Position numbers and translations under genes: made by a program | Source of the DNA: Candidatus Saccharimonadales bacterium | GTDB lineage: Bacteria; Patescibacteriota; Saccharimonadia; Saccharimonadales; UBA10212 | Assembly: GCA_025450575.1 (NCBI GenBank) | Contig: JANWHE010000016.1 | Location: 93,874-157,873, forward strand | Direction of reading: 5' to 3' | Length of the DNA: 64,000 nt | Shown here: one piece after another, positions 55,134 to 64,000 of the stretch | How positions within the stretch are numbered: the stretch's first letter is position 1 | How the letters are laid out: each line of letters opens with the position of its first letter | Notes under the pieces: model-generated | Databases searched by the model: none | Seen by the model: only the letters and a program-made list of their open reading frames with translations | Told to the model about the DNA's origin: nothing

Positions 55134-55424
55134 GATTCGTTACCCCTCTCTTACTTTCTTTTTTATTGTTTTTGGATTTTTTATTTACTGAGCTCGCTGA
55201 TGGTTTGCCGTCTCTCACGGCCGGCAAAACACCACCCTTTGCTCCCATTGGTACTTATTATCATAGTGCGAATAAGTGTCCATGGCAACAAATAAGCTGC
55301 TTTTTTCGAAACTTCCGCCGCTCTACGAAGGAAAGGAGAGCAGGAACGGTTCGCTGACGAGCGAATGCGAATTTATTTCGCAAGTTCCGATGAGGGGACA
55401 ACCTTGGTTTGCCTCTCGTTGAAT

Positions 55425-55916
55425 TTATTTGGCGGGTTGTTTCTTGGGTGCCGGGCGGGCTTCTTTGCTTTCGCGGATACGCGACAGTTCGCGCTCGAAA
55501 CTGCTGATATCGCGGAACTTGCGGTAAACGCTGGCGAAGCGCACGTAGGCGACTTCGTTTAGTTTAGGCAGGCCGGCCATCACCAGTTCGCCGATGTCGG
55601 TGCTGGATACTTCCGGTTCGCCGCGGCCGTAGAGGTCGCGTTCTATCTGGGCCACGAAGCTTTCCAGCTGCAGGTTGGTGACGGATGTCTTTTCGGTGGC
55701 GTGCTGCAGGCCCTGCAAGAGCTTCTCGCGGGAAAACAGCTGGCGGTTGCCATTACGCTTTATGACTACCAAGCTGGGCCGTTCCAGGCGCTCGTAGGTC
55801 GTGAAGCGGTAGCCGCAGTTCAGGCATTCGCGGCGGCGGCGAATAGCGTCGTTGTCGGCGACGTCTCTTGATTCCACTACCTTATTATCTAAACTTCCGC
55901 ATCTCTGGCACTTCAT
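55425..55916 (-). CDS. nrdR: Transcriptional repressor NrdR
   Basis: C..C..V.ESR, RRRRECL.C..RFTTYE, VAYVRFASVY. Confidence 0.97.
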   Translation of the reverse strand: MKCQRCGSLDNKVVESRDVADNDAIRRRRECLNCGYRFTTYERLERPSLVVIKRNGNRQLFSREKLLQGLQHATEKTSVTNLQLESFVAQIERDLYGRGEPEVSSTDIGELVMAGLPKLNEVAYVRFASVYRKFRDISSFERELSRIRESKEARPAPKKQPAK

Positions 55917-55956
55917 CGATTTTACCCCTTAAAACAACTTTTTGTTTAATGTACGG

Positions 55957-55972
55957 CCACTATATGTGGTGT
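55957..55972. promoter_or_regulatory. NrdR box
   Basis: ACACCACATATAGTGG on the minus strand resembles acaCwAtATaTwGtgt; upstream of nrdR. Confidence 0.7.
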
Positions 55973-56061
55973 TCGTAGACTTTATATTACCCCCACTCAT
56001 AGCGCCTATGCAAGCGGAAATCTGGTGTAGTTTTAACAAGGCTTTTACCCTTTTCGGCGGT

Positions 56062-57447
56062 TTATTTCTTAGTGGATTTGGAAGATTTGCCGGCTTTTTT
56101 GTCGTCGGGTTTTTGGTCATCGTCGGCGTCGGCGGGCGTGTCGTCAGCCGGACTGTCATCATCCGTAGAATCATCATGGGCGAACGGATAATCCGGTTCG
56201 TCGCTGCCGGCTGGCGTGTCGTCGGCTGGCTTGCGGCCGCGCAGGCGCCGCAAGAACGACGGCCGCTCAAGCTCGTCCTCGGTCGTCTCTTCGCTGGCGA
56301 TATTCTCTTCGTCCGGCAATGCCCAGATATTAGGCGTCTCGTCACTATGGAAATCCTCGGCCGGATGGGTCTCGTCTGTGATATTCATATCTAGATCTTT
56401 AAGCGTTTCGGCGTCTATCTTATTTTCGGTAGCCGGTTCTTCTTGGGCCCGGCGGATCAGATCGGCGGTCTTATTGTCGCGGGTGGCGAAGTAGCTGTCG
56501 TCGAAGCCGGTAGCCACCACGGTGACGATGATTTCGCCTTCCAGGTCCGGATTGATGGTAGCGCCGAAGATGATGTTGGCTTCGGGGTCGGCGGCGGTGG
56601 TAATTGTCTCGGCGACGGTGTTGATTTCGTGCATGCTCATGTCTAAGCCGCCAATGACGTTGAACAGAATGCCGCGGGCTCCGTCGATGGAAACCTCCAG
56701 CAGCGGGCTGGAGATAGCTTGCTGGGCGGCGTCCATAGCCCGGTTGTCCCCACTGGCCCGGCCGATACCCATCAGGGCGGAGCCGGCGTTGGCCATGACG
56801 GTTTTGACATCGGCGAAGTCCAGGTTAACTAAGCCGTGGACGGTAATCAGATCCGAAATGCCTTGCACCCCTTGGCGCAGAACGTCATCGGCCACTTTGA
56901 AGGCTTCTAACAGCGGCGTGCGGCGGTCGATGGTCTGCAGCAGGCGGTCATTAGGGACGGTAATGAGCGTATCGACGTTGCCGCGCAGCCGCTCGATGGA
57001 AGCGTCGGCGTTACGGCGCCGTTTTTCGCCTTCGAAAGCGAACGGTTTGGTGACGAAGCCGATGACTAAGGCGCCGGCTTCTTTGGCGGCTTTGGCGACC
57101 AGCGGGCCGGCGCCGCTGCCGGTACCGCCGCCTCCGCCGAAGGTTACGAATATCATATCCGAACCGGTGACGGCCTGCTTGATGTCTTCGGCGGATTCCT
57201 CGGCGGCTTTGGTGCCTACGCCCGGATCGGCGCCGGCGCCCAGGCCGCGGGTGGCCTCGTTGCCGATATGGACCTTTTGATTGGCTTTGGAATGATGGAG
57301 CGCCTGGGCGTCAGTATTGATCGCCACGAAATCTACCCCCGTTATGCCGGCATCCACCATCCGGTTGACGGCGGCGCCGCCGGCGCCGCCGACCCCCACT
57401 ACTTTTATACGGGCAAAGGTTTCAACGGCGGGGTCGACTTTAGGCAT
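56062..57447 (-). CDS. ftsZ: Cell division protein FtsZ
   Basis: GGGTGSG tubulin motif, [16 protein letters not shown]-terminal peptide followed by an extra acidic tail. Confidence 0.98.
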   Translation of the reverse strand: MPKVDPAVETFARIKVVGVGGAGGAAVNRMVDAGITGVDFVAINTDAQALHHSKANQKVHIGNEATRGLGAGADPGVGTKAAEESAEDIKQAVTGSDMIFVTFGGGGGTGSGAGPLVAKAAKEAGALVIGFVTKPFAFEGEKRRRNADASIERLRGNVDTLITVPNDRLLQTIDRRTPLLEAFKVADDVLRQGVQGISDLITVHGLVNLDFADVKTVMANAGSALMGIGRASGDNRAMDAAQQAISSPLLEVSIDGARGILFNVIGGLDMSMHEINTVAETITTAADPEANIIFGATINPDLEGEIIVTVVATGFDDSYFATRDNKTADLIRRAQEEPATENKIDAETLKDLDMNITDETHPAEDFHSDETPNIWALPDEENIASEETTEDELERPSFLRRLRGRKPADDTPAGSDEPDYPFAHDDSTDDDSPADDTPADADDDQKPDDKKAGKSSKSTKK

Positions 57448-57582
57448 TCTTATTCCACTCCATTAACTAGTGTCTTAATTATATTGGCTTTATAAATTGA
57501 ATGCAATTAATACTCAGAGTAAAGTTGTGGATTCTCAGCTGGACGGACCGGCGGCAAAAATTATTGTCGGCTCCGGAAAGGT

Positions 57583-58824
57583 TTAGCCGCGCTTCTTAAA
57601 GCGACCAATAATTGTGTTCAATGATGAATTAACAGATGATAACATACCGTGATTCTGCTCTACGTAGCTGACTTCGGCCGCCGGCCCAAGGTACATATCC
57701 AGCAGCATCAGCCCAACGGCCGGCGCGAATTCGTTCTCGTCCATACCGTCCACGACGCGTTTAATGTGCTTCCAATTGCCTACCCGAGCCGGCAATTCCA
57801 TGGCTTCTTTGGCGAAATCCGCCAAGCCGGGCAGCTTGCTGGTGCCGCCGGTCAGGACTACGCCACCCGGCAGCTTGCGCGATTTTCTGATTTTCTTCAG
57901 CTCATGATCAGCGAACTCCAAGATCTCTTCTACCCGGGCCTCGATGATCAGCCGCATCATCTCGCGGTCGAACCGCAGTTCCTCGCCCTTGACTACGAAA
58001 CTGGTCTCGCCGCTCACGCTTTTGGCTAAGGTGGCGTGTTTGACCTTGATCAGCTCGGCGATGTGCAGCTCGGTCTTTAAGCCGATAGCCAGGTCGTTGG
58101 TGATATGGGTGCCGCCCATCGGAATGACGGCGATGTGTTCCACTTCCCCGTCTTCGATAACTAACAGATTAGTGGTGGCCGCGCCGATGTCCAGCACGCA
58201 GACGCCGCTGTCCTTCATCTGGCGGTCCAAAACCGCCTCGCCGGCCGCCAGCGAAGTCACGGTCCGGTGGCTGGCCTGCAGCTCGGCCCGGTGTAGTACT
58301 TGCTCCAAACTCTTTAGGGCCGGGGTACTGGCCACTAATATATGGGTGTCGACTTCCAGACGCACGCCGTGCATGCCGACCGGGTCCTTGATGTTCTCCT
58401 GCCCATCTAATCTGTAATTCTTGGCGAAAACCTGGATGATTTCCTTGTTGGCCGGCAGCTGGACGACGGTAGCGGCTTCTTCGACGCGCATCCGGTCTTC
58501 GACCCCGATGATCCGGTCGGCCGAACTAATGGCTACCACGCCTTTAGAATTGACGCCTTCGACATGCGAGCCGTTGACGTTGACGGTGGCGTGGCGGACT
58601 TCCCGGCCGCTCATCCGTTCGGCTTCCTGCACGGCGTTCACCACGGCTTGGGCGACTTCTTCGATGTGGGCGACATTACCCTTGCGCATGCCGCTGTTAG
58701 AGGCGCTGGAAAAGCCGATGACCGTCGGTATCTGGGCGTCGCCGGCCAATTCTCCGACCACGCAGCGCACGGCGGTGGTACCTATATCCAGGCCTACGAA
58801 ATATTGGAGTTGCTGTTCAGACAT
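57583..58824 (-). CDS. ftsA: Cell division protein FtsA
   Basis: GLDIGT, GMRKG, DIGAATT, VVLTGGTS. Confidence 0.96.
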   Translation of the reverse strand: MSEQQLQYFVGLDIGTTAVRCVVGELAGDAQIPTVIGFSSASNSGMRKGNVAHIEEVAQAVVNAVQEAERMSGREVRHATVNVNGSHVEGVNSKGVVAISSADRIIGVEDRMRVEEAATVVQLPANKEIIQVFAKNYRLDGQENIKDPVGMHGVRLEVDTHILVASTPALKSLEQVLHRAELQASHRTVTSLAAGEAVLDRQMKDSGVCVLDIGAATTNLLVIEDGEVEHIAVIPMGGTHITNDLAIGLKTELHIAELIKVKHATLAKSVSGETSFVVKGEELRFDREMMRLIIEARVEEILEFADHELKKIRKSRKLPGGVVLTGGTSKLPGLADFAKEAMELPARVGNWKHIKRVVDGMDENEFAPAVGLMLLDMYLGPAAEVSYVEQNHGMLSSVNSSLNTIIGRFKKRG

Positions 58825-58970
58825 TTTGTGTTTTTATTATAGTCTACTGCCCATAACTATACTGCTAGAGGCAATAAGAAACAAGTGAGCAGTGAGTAGT
58901 TGATAGCGGGTAGTAAGGCCAAATAAAAAAACCGCCTGAAGGGCGGTTAGAGTTTAGAGCTGCTAGGGGA

Positions 58971-59219
58971 TTAGCGAGGCGAGCGTTCCATCTCTTCTCT
59001 GGCTTGAGCTTCGAGAACATCTTGGTTTTCCAGCTGCCAAGTGTGCGCATCCTGTAGGTGTTTGGCACCCCGGCTTTTGCGGGTTTCAGCCAGTCCGATA
59101 TCACCTCTGGCTAAGGCAGAGTCGACGCTATCTGAGACAACCTTATGAAGTACATATTCGCCTACGGCGCGTTGATCGGCATGTGAGGCTTTGGTGTCGG
59201 GAGAGGCTTCTAAAAGCAT
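58971..59219 (-). CDS. Hypothetical protein
   Basis: 82 aa; TTGCAA-N17-TAAGGT promoter, AAGGA SD, terminator near 58925. Confidence 0.55.
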   Translation of the reverse strand: MLLEASPDTKASHADQRAVGEYVLHKVVSDSVDSALARGDIGLAETRKSRGAKHLQDAHTWQLENQDVLEAQAREEMERSPR

Positions 59220-59300
59220 TTTTGGGTTTTCCTTTCGGACTTTTTGTTTTTGAAGAACTTAAGTAATACCTTATCACACTTACGCTTATTTTGCAAGTAT

Positions 59301-59558
59301 TTATCTGGCGCGTAGGTTGATGTTACCTCCCAGTGCGACATCTTGCCGGTCCAGCTCGAACATCATACTCATAAATCTATGTCTTTGCTCGGAGTTTTGA
59401 AACCTAAGACTGACATGGCTCATGAAGTCGTTAGGCGATCGGCTGGGTCTTTCTTGAAGCTCTATACCGGTGGAATCCCGAACCAATTTTCTAACTATCG
59501 CCTGCCGGCCTTTGGTGGCCAGGAAACTCTGACGGCGGTCTTCGGGTGATTTTTCCAC
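59301..59558 (-). CDS. Hypothetical protein
   Basis: 85 aa directly downstream of map. Confidence 0.5.
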   Translation of the reverse strand: MEKSPEDRRQSFLATKGRQAIVRKLVRDSTGIELQERPSRSPNDFMSHVSLRFQNSEQRHRFMSMMFELDRQDVALGGNINLRAR

Positions 59559-59568
59559 ACTTTATATT

Positions 59569-60321
59569 CTATACCAGGGTCAGGATCTCGGCGCCGTCTT
59601 CTGTAACTAAGACCGTGTGTTCGAAATGGGCGCCTAAGCTGCCGTCTTTCATGATGATGGTGTTCTTGTCCTTAGCGACAGCGATATGCCAGTCGCCGAG
59701 AGCGGCCATCGGTTCGATGGCGATGGTCATGCCGGCATGCAAGGTCGGGCCGGTGCCGGCCACGCCGTAGTTAGGGATGTTGGGCGCCTCGTGTATCTGG
59801 TAGCCGACGCCATGGCCGACCAGTTCGCGGATGACGCTGAGCCTATATTCTTTTTCTAGGACGTCCTGGACGGCTTGGCTGATGTCGCCGACCCGCGTGC
59901 CTTCGCCTTTGACGGCGGCTATGCCGGCGTCCAGTGCGGCTTTGGTGCCGTCCAGCAGGCGCTGGACGCCGGCCGAGCCATGGCCGCCGGCGATCACCGA
60001 CACCGCTGAATCGTTGATCATGCCTTTATAACCGAGAGTCAGATCCAGTTTGACCAGGTCGCCCTGGCGGATCGGCTGGTTGCCGGGAATACCGTGGACG
60101 ATGGCGTTGTTGATTGAAATGCAGATGACGTCCGGGAAACCGTCGTAGCCCAAGACCACCGGCTGCATGTTACGTTTTTTAATCTGTTCGGCGGCATCGG
60201 CCGCCAGGTCTTTGGGCGTGATGCCGGCTTCGACTTTGCCGGCCAGATCTTTTAAGATGGCGGCTAACAGTTTGCCGCCTTCGCGCATGTTCTTCAGGTC
60301 GGCCGGTGTTTTGGCGCGCAT
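59569..60321 (-). CDS. map: Methionine aminopeptidase type I
   Basis: ICISIN..VHGIP, GHGVG..IHE.P, AIEPM, AHFEHT. Confidence 0.97.
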   Translation of the reverse strand: MRAKTPADLKNMREGGKLLAAILKDLAGKVEAGITPKDLAADAAEQIKKRNMQPVVLGYDGFPDVICISINNAIVHGIPGNQPIRQGDLVKLDLTLGYKGMINDSAVSVIAGGHGSAGVQRLLDGTKAALDAGIAAVKGEGTRVGDISQAVQDVLEKEYRLSVIRELVGHGVGYQIHEAPNIPNYGVAGTGPTLHAGMTIAIEPMAALGDWHIAVAKDKNTIIMKDGSLGAHFEHTVLVTEDGAEILTLV

Positions 60322-60322
60322 A

Positions 60323-60859
60323 CTAAACTCCCAGCGCCTTTTCGATGTCGGTTTCGACCTGGTGCGGCGGCTGGTCGGCGTCGATTTCGTGAACTTTATA
60401 CCCTTCTTTTGTCAAATAATCGATAATCGGCACGATGGCTTCGTCGTACTCACGGAAGCGCTCGGCGATGGCTTGGTCGTGGTCGTCGGGGCGCTGGCGG
60501 GCCAGCAAGCGGTCTTTGGCTTTCGGCTGGTCGATATTAAGATGGATTATCCCTGTTATTTTGAGCTCGCCGGCTTGGTCCTTATCGGCCAGCCACTTGG
60601 CCTGGCGCATGGTGCGCGGCGTGCCGTCTAAGACGAATTGGTGCGAGTCGGCGCCGATGCGGCGAAATTCCTCGTCTAGCACGGCCAGGGCGTGGTTGTC
60701 GTTGACTATTTCGCCGCGAAGCATCTGTTTCTGGGTGTCCGCGTCCATACTTTGGCGCAGCAGGCTGCCGGTGGAAACCCATGGACAATGTAGATGGGCG
60801 GCTAACAGCTGGCCCATGGTGCTTTTACCGGAGCCGGCCAGGCCCATGAATATGATCAT
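60323..60859 (-). CDS. adk: Adenylate kinase family protein (short, no LID domain)
   Basis: G.AGSGKST, STG.LLR, LDGTPR, R.DD. Confidence 0.88.
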   Translation of the reverse strand: MIIFMGLAGSGKSTMGQLLAAHLHCPWVSTGSLLRQSMDADTQKQMLRGEIVNDNHALAVLDEEFRRIGADSHQFVLDGTPRTMRQAKWLADKDQAGELKITGIIHLNIDQPKAKDRLLARQRPDDHDQAIAERFREYDEAIVPIIDYLTKEGYKVHEIDADQPPHQVETDIEKALGV

Positions 60860-60862
60860 CGG

Positions 60863-61306
60863 CTAAAGTTTTTCCTTTACCAACCGGGCTATCAGGGCTC
60901 CATCGGCCGCTCCGCCGGCGCGGCCGCGCACGGCGCCGATAATCTGCCCCATGTTCTGCATCGACGCCCCGTCTACTTTGGCGATCTCTTCGTCGACAAT
61001 CTTAGCCAGTTCGTCCTCGCTCATCTGCTCCGGCAAGTAGGCATCGATGGTAGCTTTTTCGTCCAGTTCTTTGGCGGCCCGGTCAGCGGCCCCGCCCTGC
61101 TTGTATAAATCGGCGGCTTCCTGGCGTTTTTTGGATTCACGGACTAGGATCTTTTGGATCTGTTCGTCGGACAGGCCGCTGTCGCGGGCGCCGGCGCTGA
61201 TGGCTTCGTTCAATAAGGCGCTTTTGATGCCCCGCAGGGTTTCAGCTTTAGCTTTATCACCAGCTAACATGGCCTCTTTGAGGTCTTTATCTATCTGTTG
61301 CTGCAT
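60863..61306 (-). CDS. yqeY: GatB/YqeY domain protein
   Basis: DLKEAM, KKR.EA...Y, YLPEQ.SE, ADG. Confidence 0.92.
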   Translation of the reverse strand: MQQQIDKDLKEAMLAGDKAKAETLRGIKSALLNEAISAGARDSGLSDEQIQKILVRESKKRQEAADLYKQGGAADRAAKELDEKATIDAYLPEQMSEDELAKIVDEEIAKVDGASMQNMGQIIGAVRGRAGGAADGALIARLVKEKL

Positions 61307-61310
61307 CCGG

Positions 61311-61523
61311 CTATCTCCCTAGCTTGAGCTTCTTAATCTTATCGGCTTTGCGTTCGCGGCGGACGATGGCCTTCAAACGGCGGTCGCGGCGGCTCTCGGA
61401 CCGCTCGAAATACTGGCCCGATTTGGCCGTCGCCAAAACGCCGGATTGCTGGACCTTGCGGTTGAACCGGCGCAGCAGGTTTTCCACCGATTCCTTGGAA
61501 TCTTTGCGTGTAACTTGAATCAT
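61311..61523 (-). CDS. rpsU: 30S ribosomal protein S21
   Basis: ESVENLLRRF.RKV..SG; adjacent to yqeY. Confidence 0.85.
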   Translation of the reverse strand: MIQVTRKDSKESVENLLRRFNRKVQQSGVLATAKSGQYFERSESRRDRRLKAIVRRERKADKIKKLKLGR

Positions 61524-61583
61524 CCCAGTTATTGTACACTATTAACCTCTTAGAATCTAGGGGGCGCGATCACCTCGGCTTGG

Positions 61584-61901
61584 TTATTGCTGCGGGGGGC
61601 GAGGCGGCTGGTTGGCCTGGGCGCGTTTGTTGGCAGCTACCCGTTGTGATTTGAGCACGATGCTTTGGAGCTCTTTGAAGATGGGGAACTGCTTGTTGGT
61701 GTAGTAAATCTTGGTGTTGCTTTGGCGTTCGCTGATCAGAAAACCGATTTTTTCCAGACGCTTGAGCTCGCGTTGGATGTTGCCGGCGTCTTCTTTGATA
61801 AGCTTGGCTAAACCTCTTACGTGGGTCTTGAAATCCGGATATTTAGCATAGACCACGATGATTTTGCGGCGGACCCTGGACGTAATGAATGTATCAAGCA
61901 T
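61584..61901 (-). CDS. Winged-helix DNA-binding protein (ArsR/MarR-like)
   Basis: S.VR.KI, HVRGLA..I.ED.GNI.REL..LE..G, wing; start probably MLDTF after AAAGGGG. Confidence 0.75.
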   Translation of the reverse strand: MLDTFITSRVRRKIIVVYAKYPDFKTHVRGLAKLIKEDAGNIQRELKRLEKIGFLISERQSNTKIYYTNKQFPIFKELQSIVLKSQRVAANKRAQANQPPRPPQQ

Positions 61902-62012
61902 AAGCCCCTTTGTTGTTTCCCTTACTACGGATAGTATATACAAAAGTCCACAACATTTGCAATAAAGTGTCCGTTTGGGAAAAGCCGTCTTTATTTACAG
62001 GGTACAATATAG

Positions 62013-63968
62013 ATGATGAGGTATTACGAGGTGCTGTTGGCTGATACGAAGTATAAGAGCGGCGCGCCGCTGACTTATTCTTCGGAGGACGCGCTGGAGG
62101 TCTTGAACGTGGTCAGCGTGCCGCTGAGAGCCCGCACCGCCACCGGCTTCGTCTTGGGCGAAACCGGCAAGCCGGGGTTCGCCGTCAAGCCGGTCAAAAG
62201 CTTGGTCAGCGCCCATCCCCTCCCCTATCACTGCTTGCAGCTGGCCCAGTGGATGGAGGTTTATTACGCTATCAATCTAAGCGAATCTTTGCGGCAGTTC
62301 GCGCCCAGCAAGCCGGCCATCAGAAATATTAAAACCGATTCCCTGTCCAATGCCGGGCCCGCGCCCCAAGAGATCCAGCTGCAGATGCACGCACCGCTGA
62401 CTGCCGATCAGAAACGGGCCATAACTGAGATAAAACAAAGCCCTAGCACCACCGTCCTGCTGCATGGCGAGACCGGCACCGGCAAGACCCGAGTTTACCT
62501 GGAGCTGGCGAAAGAGACTTTGGCGGCCGGTAAATCGGTGATTTTGCTGACGCCGGAAATCTCACTGACTACCCAGCTGGCGGCGGCGGCCCAAGCCTAT
62601 TTACAGATCAAACCGATAGTCATGCACTCGCAGCTGAGCGCGGCCAAGCGCAAACAGCTGTGGCTGAGAAGCCTGGAAGCCGAGCAGCCGCAGCTGATTA
62701 TCGGGCCGCGCTCGGCCCTGTTCTCGGCGGTGCCCAGCATCGGCCTGATAGTCGTGGACGAAGCCCACGAACCGGCTTACAAGCAGGAGCAGACGCCCCG
62801 CTACAGCGCGTTGCGGGTTGCCAGCCAGTTGGGCGCGCTGACCGGCGCAAAAGTCATCTATGGCACGGCGACGCCTAACGCCGCCGACTATTATGTAGCC
62901 GATGAGCGGTCGGCGGTAGTCCGGATGACCGAGATGGCGATGGGCAGCACCGAAGGCGACGTCAGCATCGAAGTCATCGATCTGAAAGACCGGCGCAATT
63001 TCGGCTCGAACCACTATTTATCAAGAAAGATGATCGAGGCTATCAGCACTACGCTGGCGGCCAAAAAACAGGTGATCGTTTATCTTAACCGGCGCGGGTC
63101 GGCCCGGGTAATCCTGTGCGATAACTGCGGCTGGCGCGACCTATGCCCCAACTGCGACGTTTCGCTGGTCTACCATGCCGACCAGCACCTAGCCAAATGC
63201 CATATCTGCGGCTATGCCCACCAGCCGCCGGTCCAGTGTCCGAACTGCGGCAACACCGACGTCATATATAAGACGATCGGCACTAAGGCTTTAGCCGACC
63301 AGGTCGAAAAGCTGTTCCCCGACCGGGCCGTAGCCCGCTTTGACAGTGATAATAAGACCGATGAAAGCTTAAACGAGGTTTATCAGGACCTGTTGGGCGG
63401 TAAGATCGATATCTTAGTCGGCACCCAGTTGCTGGCCAAAGGCCTGGACCTGCCCAAGCTAGGGCTGGTGGCGGTAGTATCGGCCGAATCGTCGCTGACG
63501 CTGCCCGATTTTACCGCCGAAGAGCGGACTTTCCAGCTACTGTACCAGATTATCGGCCGGGTCGGCCGGGGCCACTCCAAAGGCCAGGTAGTAGTCCAGA
63601 CTTACGAACCGGACAGCGTGGTTATCCGGGCGGCTGTCGGCCGCGACTATCGGCTATTTTACGAACATACGCTCAAAGAGCGCCAAGCCTTCCGATTCCC
63701 GCCATTCAGTTATCTTATGAAGCTGACGGTCCGGCGAGCGACCGTCAACGGCGTCCAGAACGCTTCGCAAAAACTCAAGGACGAGCTGGCCGCCCAAGGC
63801 CGACCGGTCGAAGTCATCGGCCCGACACCGGCTTTTTACGCCCGCCGCGGCAAATATTTCTATTACCAGCTGGTGTGCAAAAGCAAAGACCGCGACCACC
63901 TGTTGGCACTGGCTCAAATCGTGCCCGCCGACTGGCAAATCGACCTGGATCCAGCCGACCTGCTTTGA
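62013..63968 (+). CDS. priA: Primosomal protein N'
   Basis: GETGTGKT, DEAH, NRRG, Cys-rich zinc motifs, KGLD, GRVGR. Confidence 0.96.
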   Translation: MMRYYEVLLADTKYKSGAPLTYSSEDALEVLNVVSVPLRARTATGFVLGETGKPGFAVKPVKSLVSAHPLPYHCLQLAQWMEVYYAINLSESLRQFAPSKPAIRNIKTDSLSNAGPAPQEIQLQMHAPLTADQKRAITEIKQSPSTTVLLHGETGTGKTRVYLELAKETLAAGKSVILLTPEISLTTQLAAAAQAYLQIKPIVMHSQLSAAKRKQLWLRSLEAEQPQLIIGPRSALFSAVPSIGLIVVDEAHEPAYKQEQTPRYSALRVASQLGALTGAKVIYGTATPNAADYYVADERSAVVRMTEMAMGSTEGDVSIEVIDLKDRRNFGSNHYLSRKMIEAISTTLAAKKQVIVYLNRRGSARVILCDNCGWRDLCPNCDVSLVYHADQHLAKCHICGYAHQPPVQCPNCGNTDVIYKTIGTKALADQVEKLFPDRAVARFDSDNKTDESLNEVYQDLLGGKIDILVGTQLLAKGLDLPKLGLVAVVSAESSLTLPDFTAEERTFQLLYQIIGRVGRGHSKGQVVVQTYEPDSVVIRAAVGRDYRLFYEHTLKERQAFRFPPFSYLMKLTVRRATVNGVQNASQKLKDELAAQGRPVEVIGPTPAFYARRGKYFYYQLVCKSKDRDHLLALAQIVPADWQIDLDPADLL

Positions 63969-64000
63969 AGCCCTAGGCGAAATAACAGAGGTAGGTTATA

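Noticed and set aside
55134..55424. Cobalamin riboswitch upstream of nrdJ
   Set aside because: Conserved B12-element motifs were not recognised; kept only as an unknown structured leader.

Overview
Chromosomal segment of a reduced-genome bacterium, most likely Patescibacteria/CPR class Saccharimonadia (TM7). This is an inference from the class I LysRS, the absence of pyrH/uppS/cdsA/dxr around tsf-frr-rseP, widespread leaderless genes and giant surface proteins. Housekeeping genes include serS, lysS, greA, proS, rseP, frr, tsf, rpsB, rpmE, prfA, prmC, htrA, LCP, lepB, parAB, rplU, ileS, nrdJ, nrdR, ftsZ, ftsA, map, adk, yqeY, rpsU and priA. There is a surface-protein cluster at 36.8-47.6 kb and an accessory region at about 1.4-19 kb. 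The main unannotated signal is at 5-15 kb. A Crp/Fnr-family regulator (14520-15194) lies near eight TGTGA-N6-TCACA-like boxes. Each box is centred 29.5-30.5 bp upstream of a -10 hexamer, which is class II activator geometry. The boxes precede the regulator gene itself, an orphan cytochrome b, a cupin, a membrane protein, ybhB and three short non-coding units. Two of those units, plus a fourth with a plain sigma70 promoter, look like a family of small structured RNAs with covarying stems. Also seen: a ~280-nt stand-alone structured RNA (raiA-motif-like or divergent RNase P), a 6S-like rod RNA, a palindromic RPE-like element, a DnaA-box-like cluster and an inverted GC-rich mini-operon where pyrH usually sits. 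No tRNA, rRNA, CRISPR array or transposase was recognised. All folds and motifs were read by eye, not computed.
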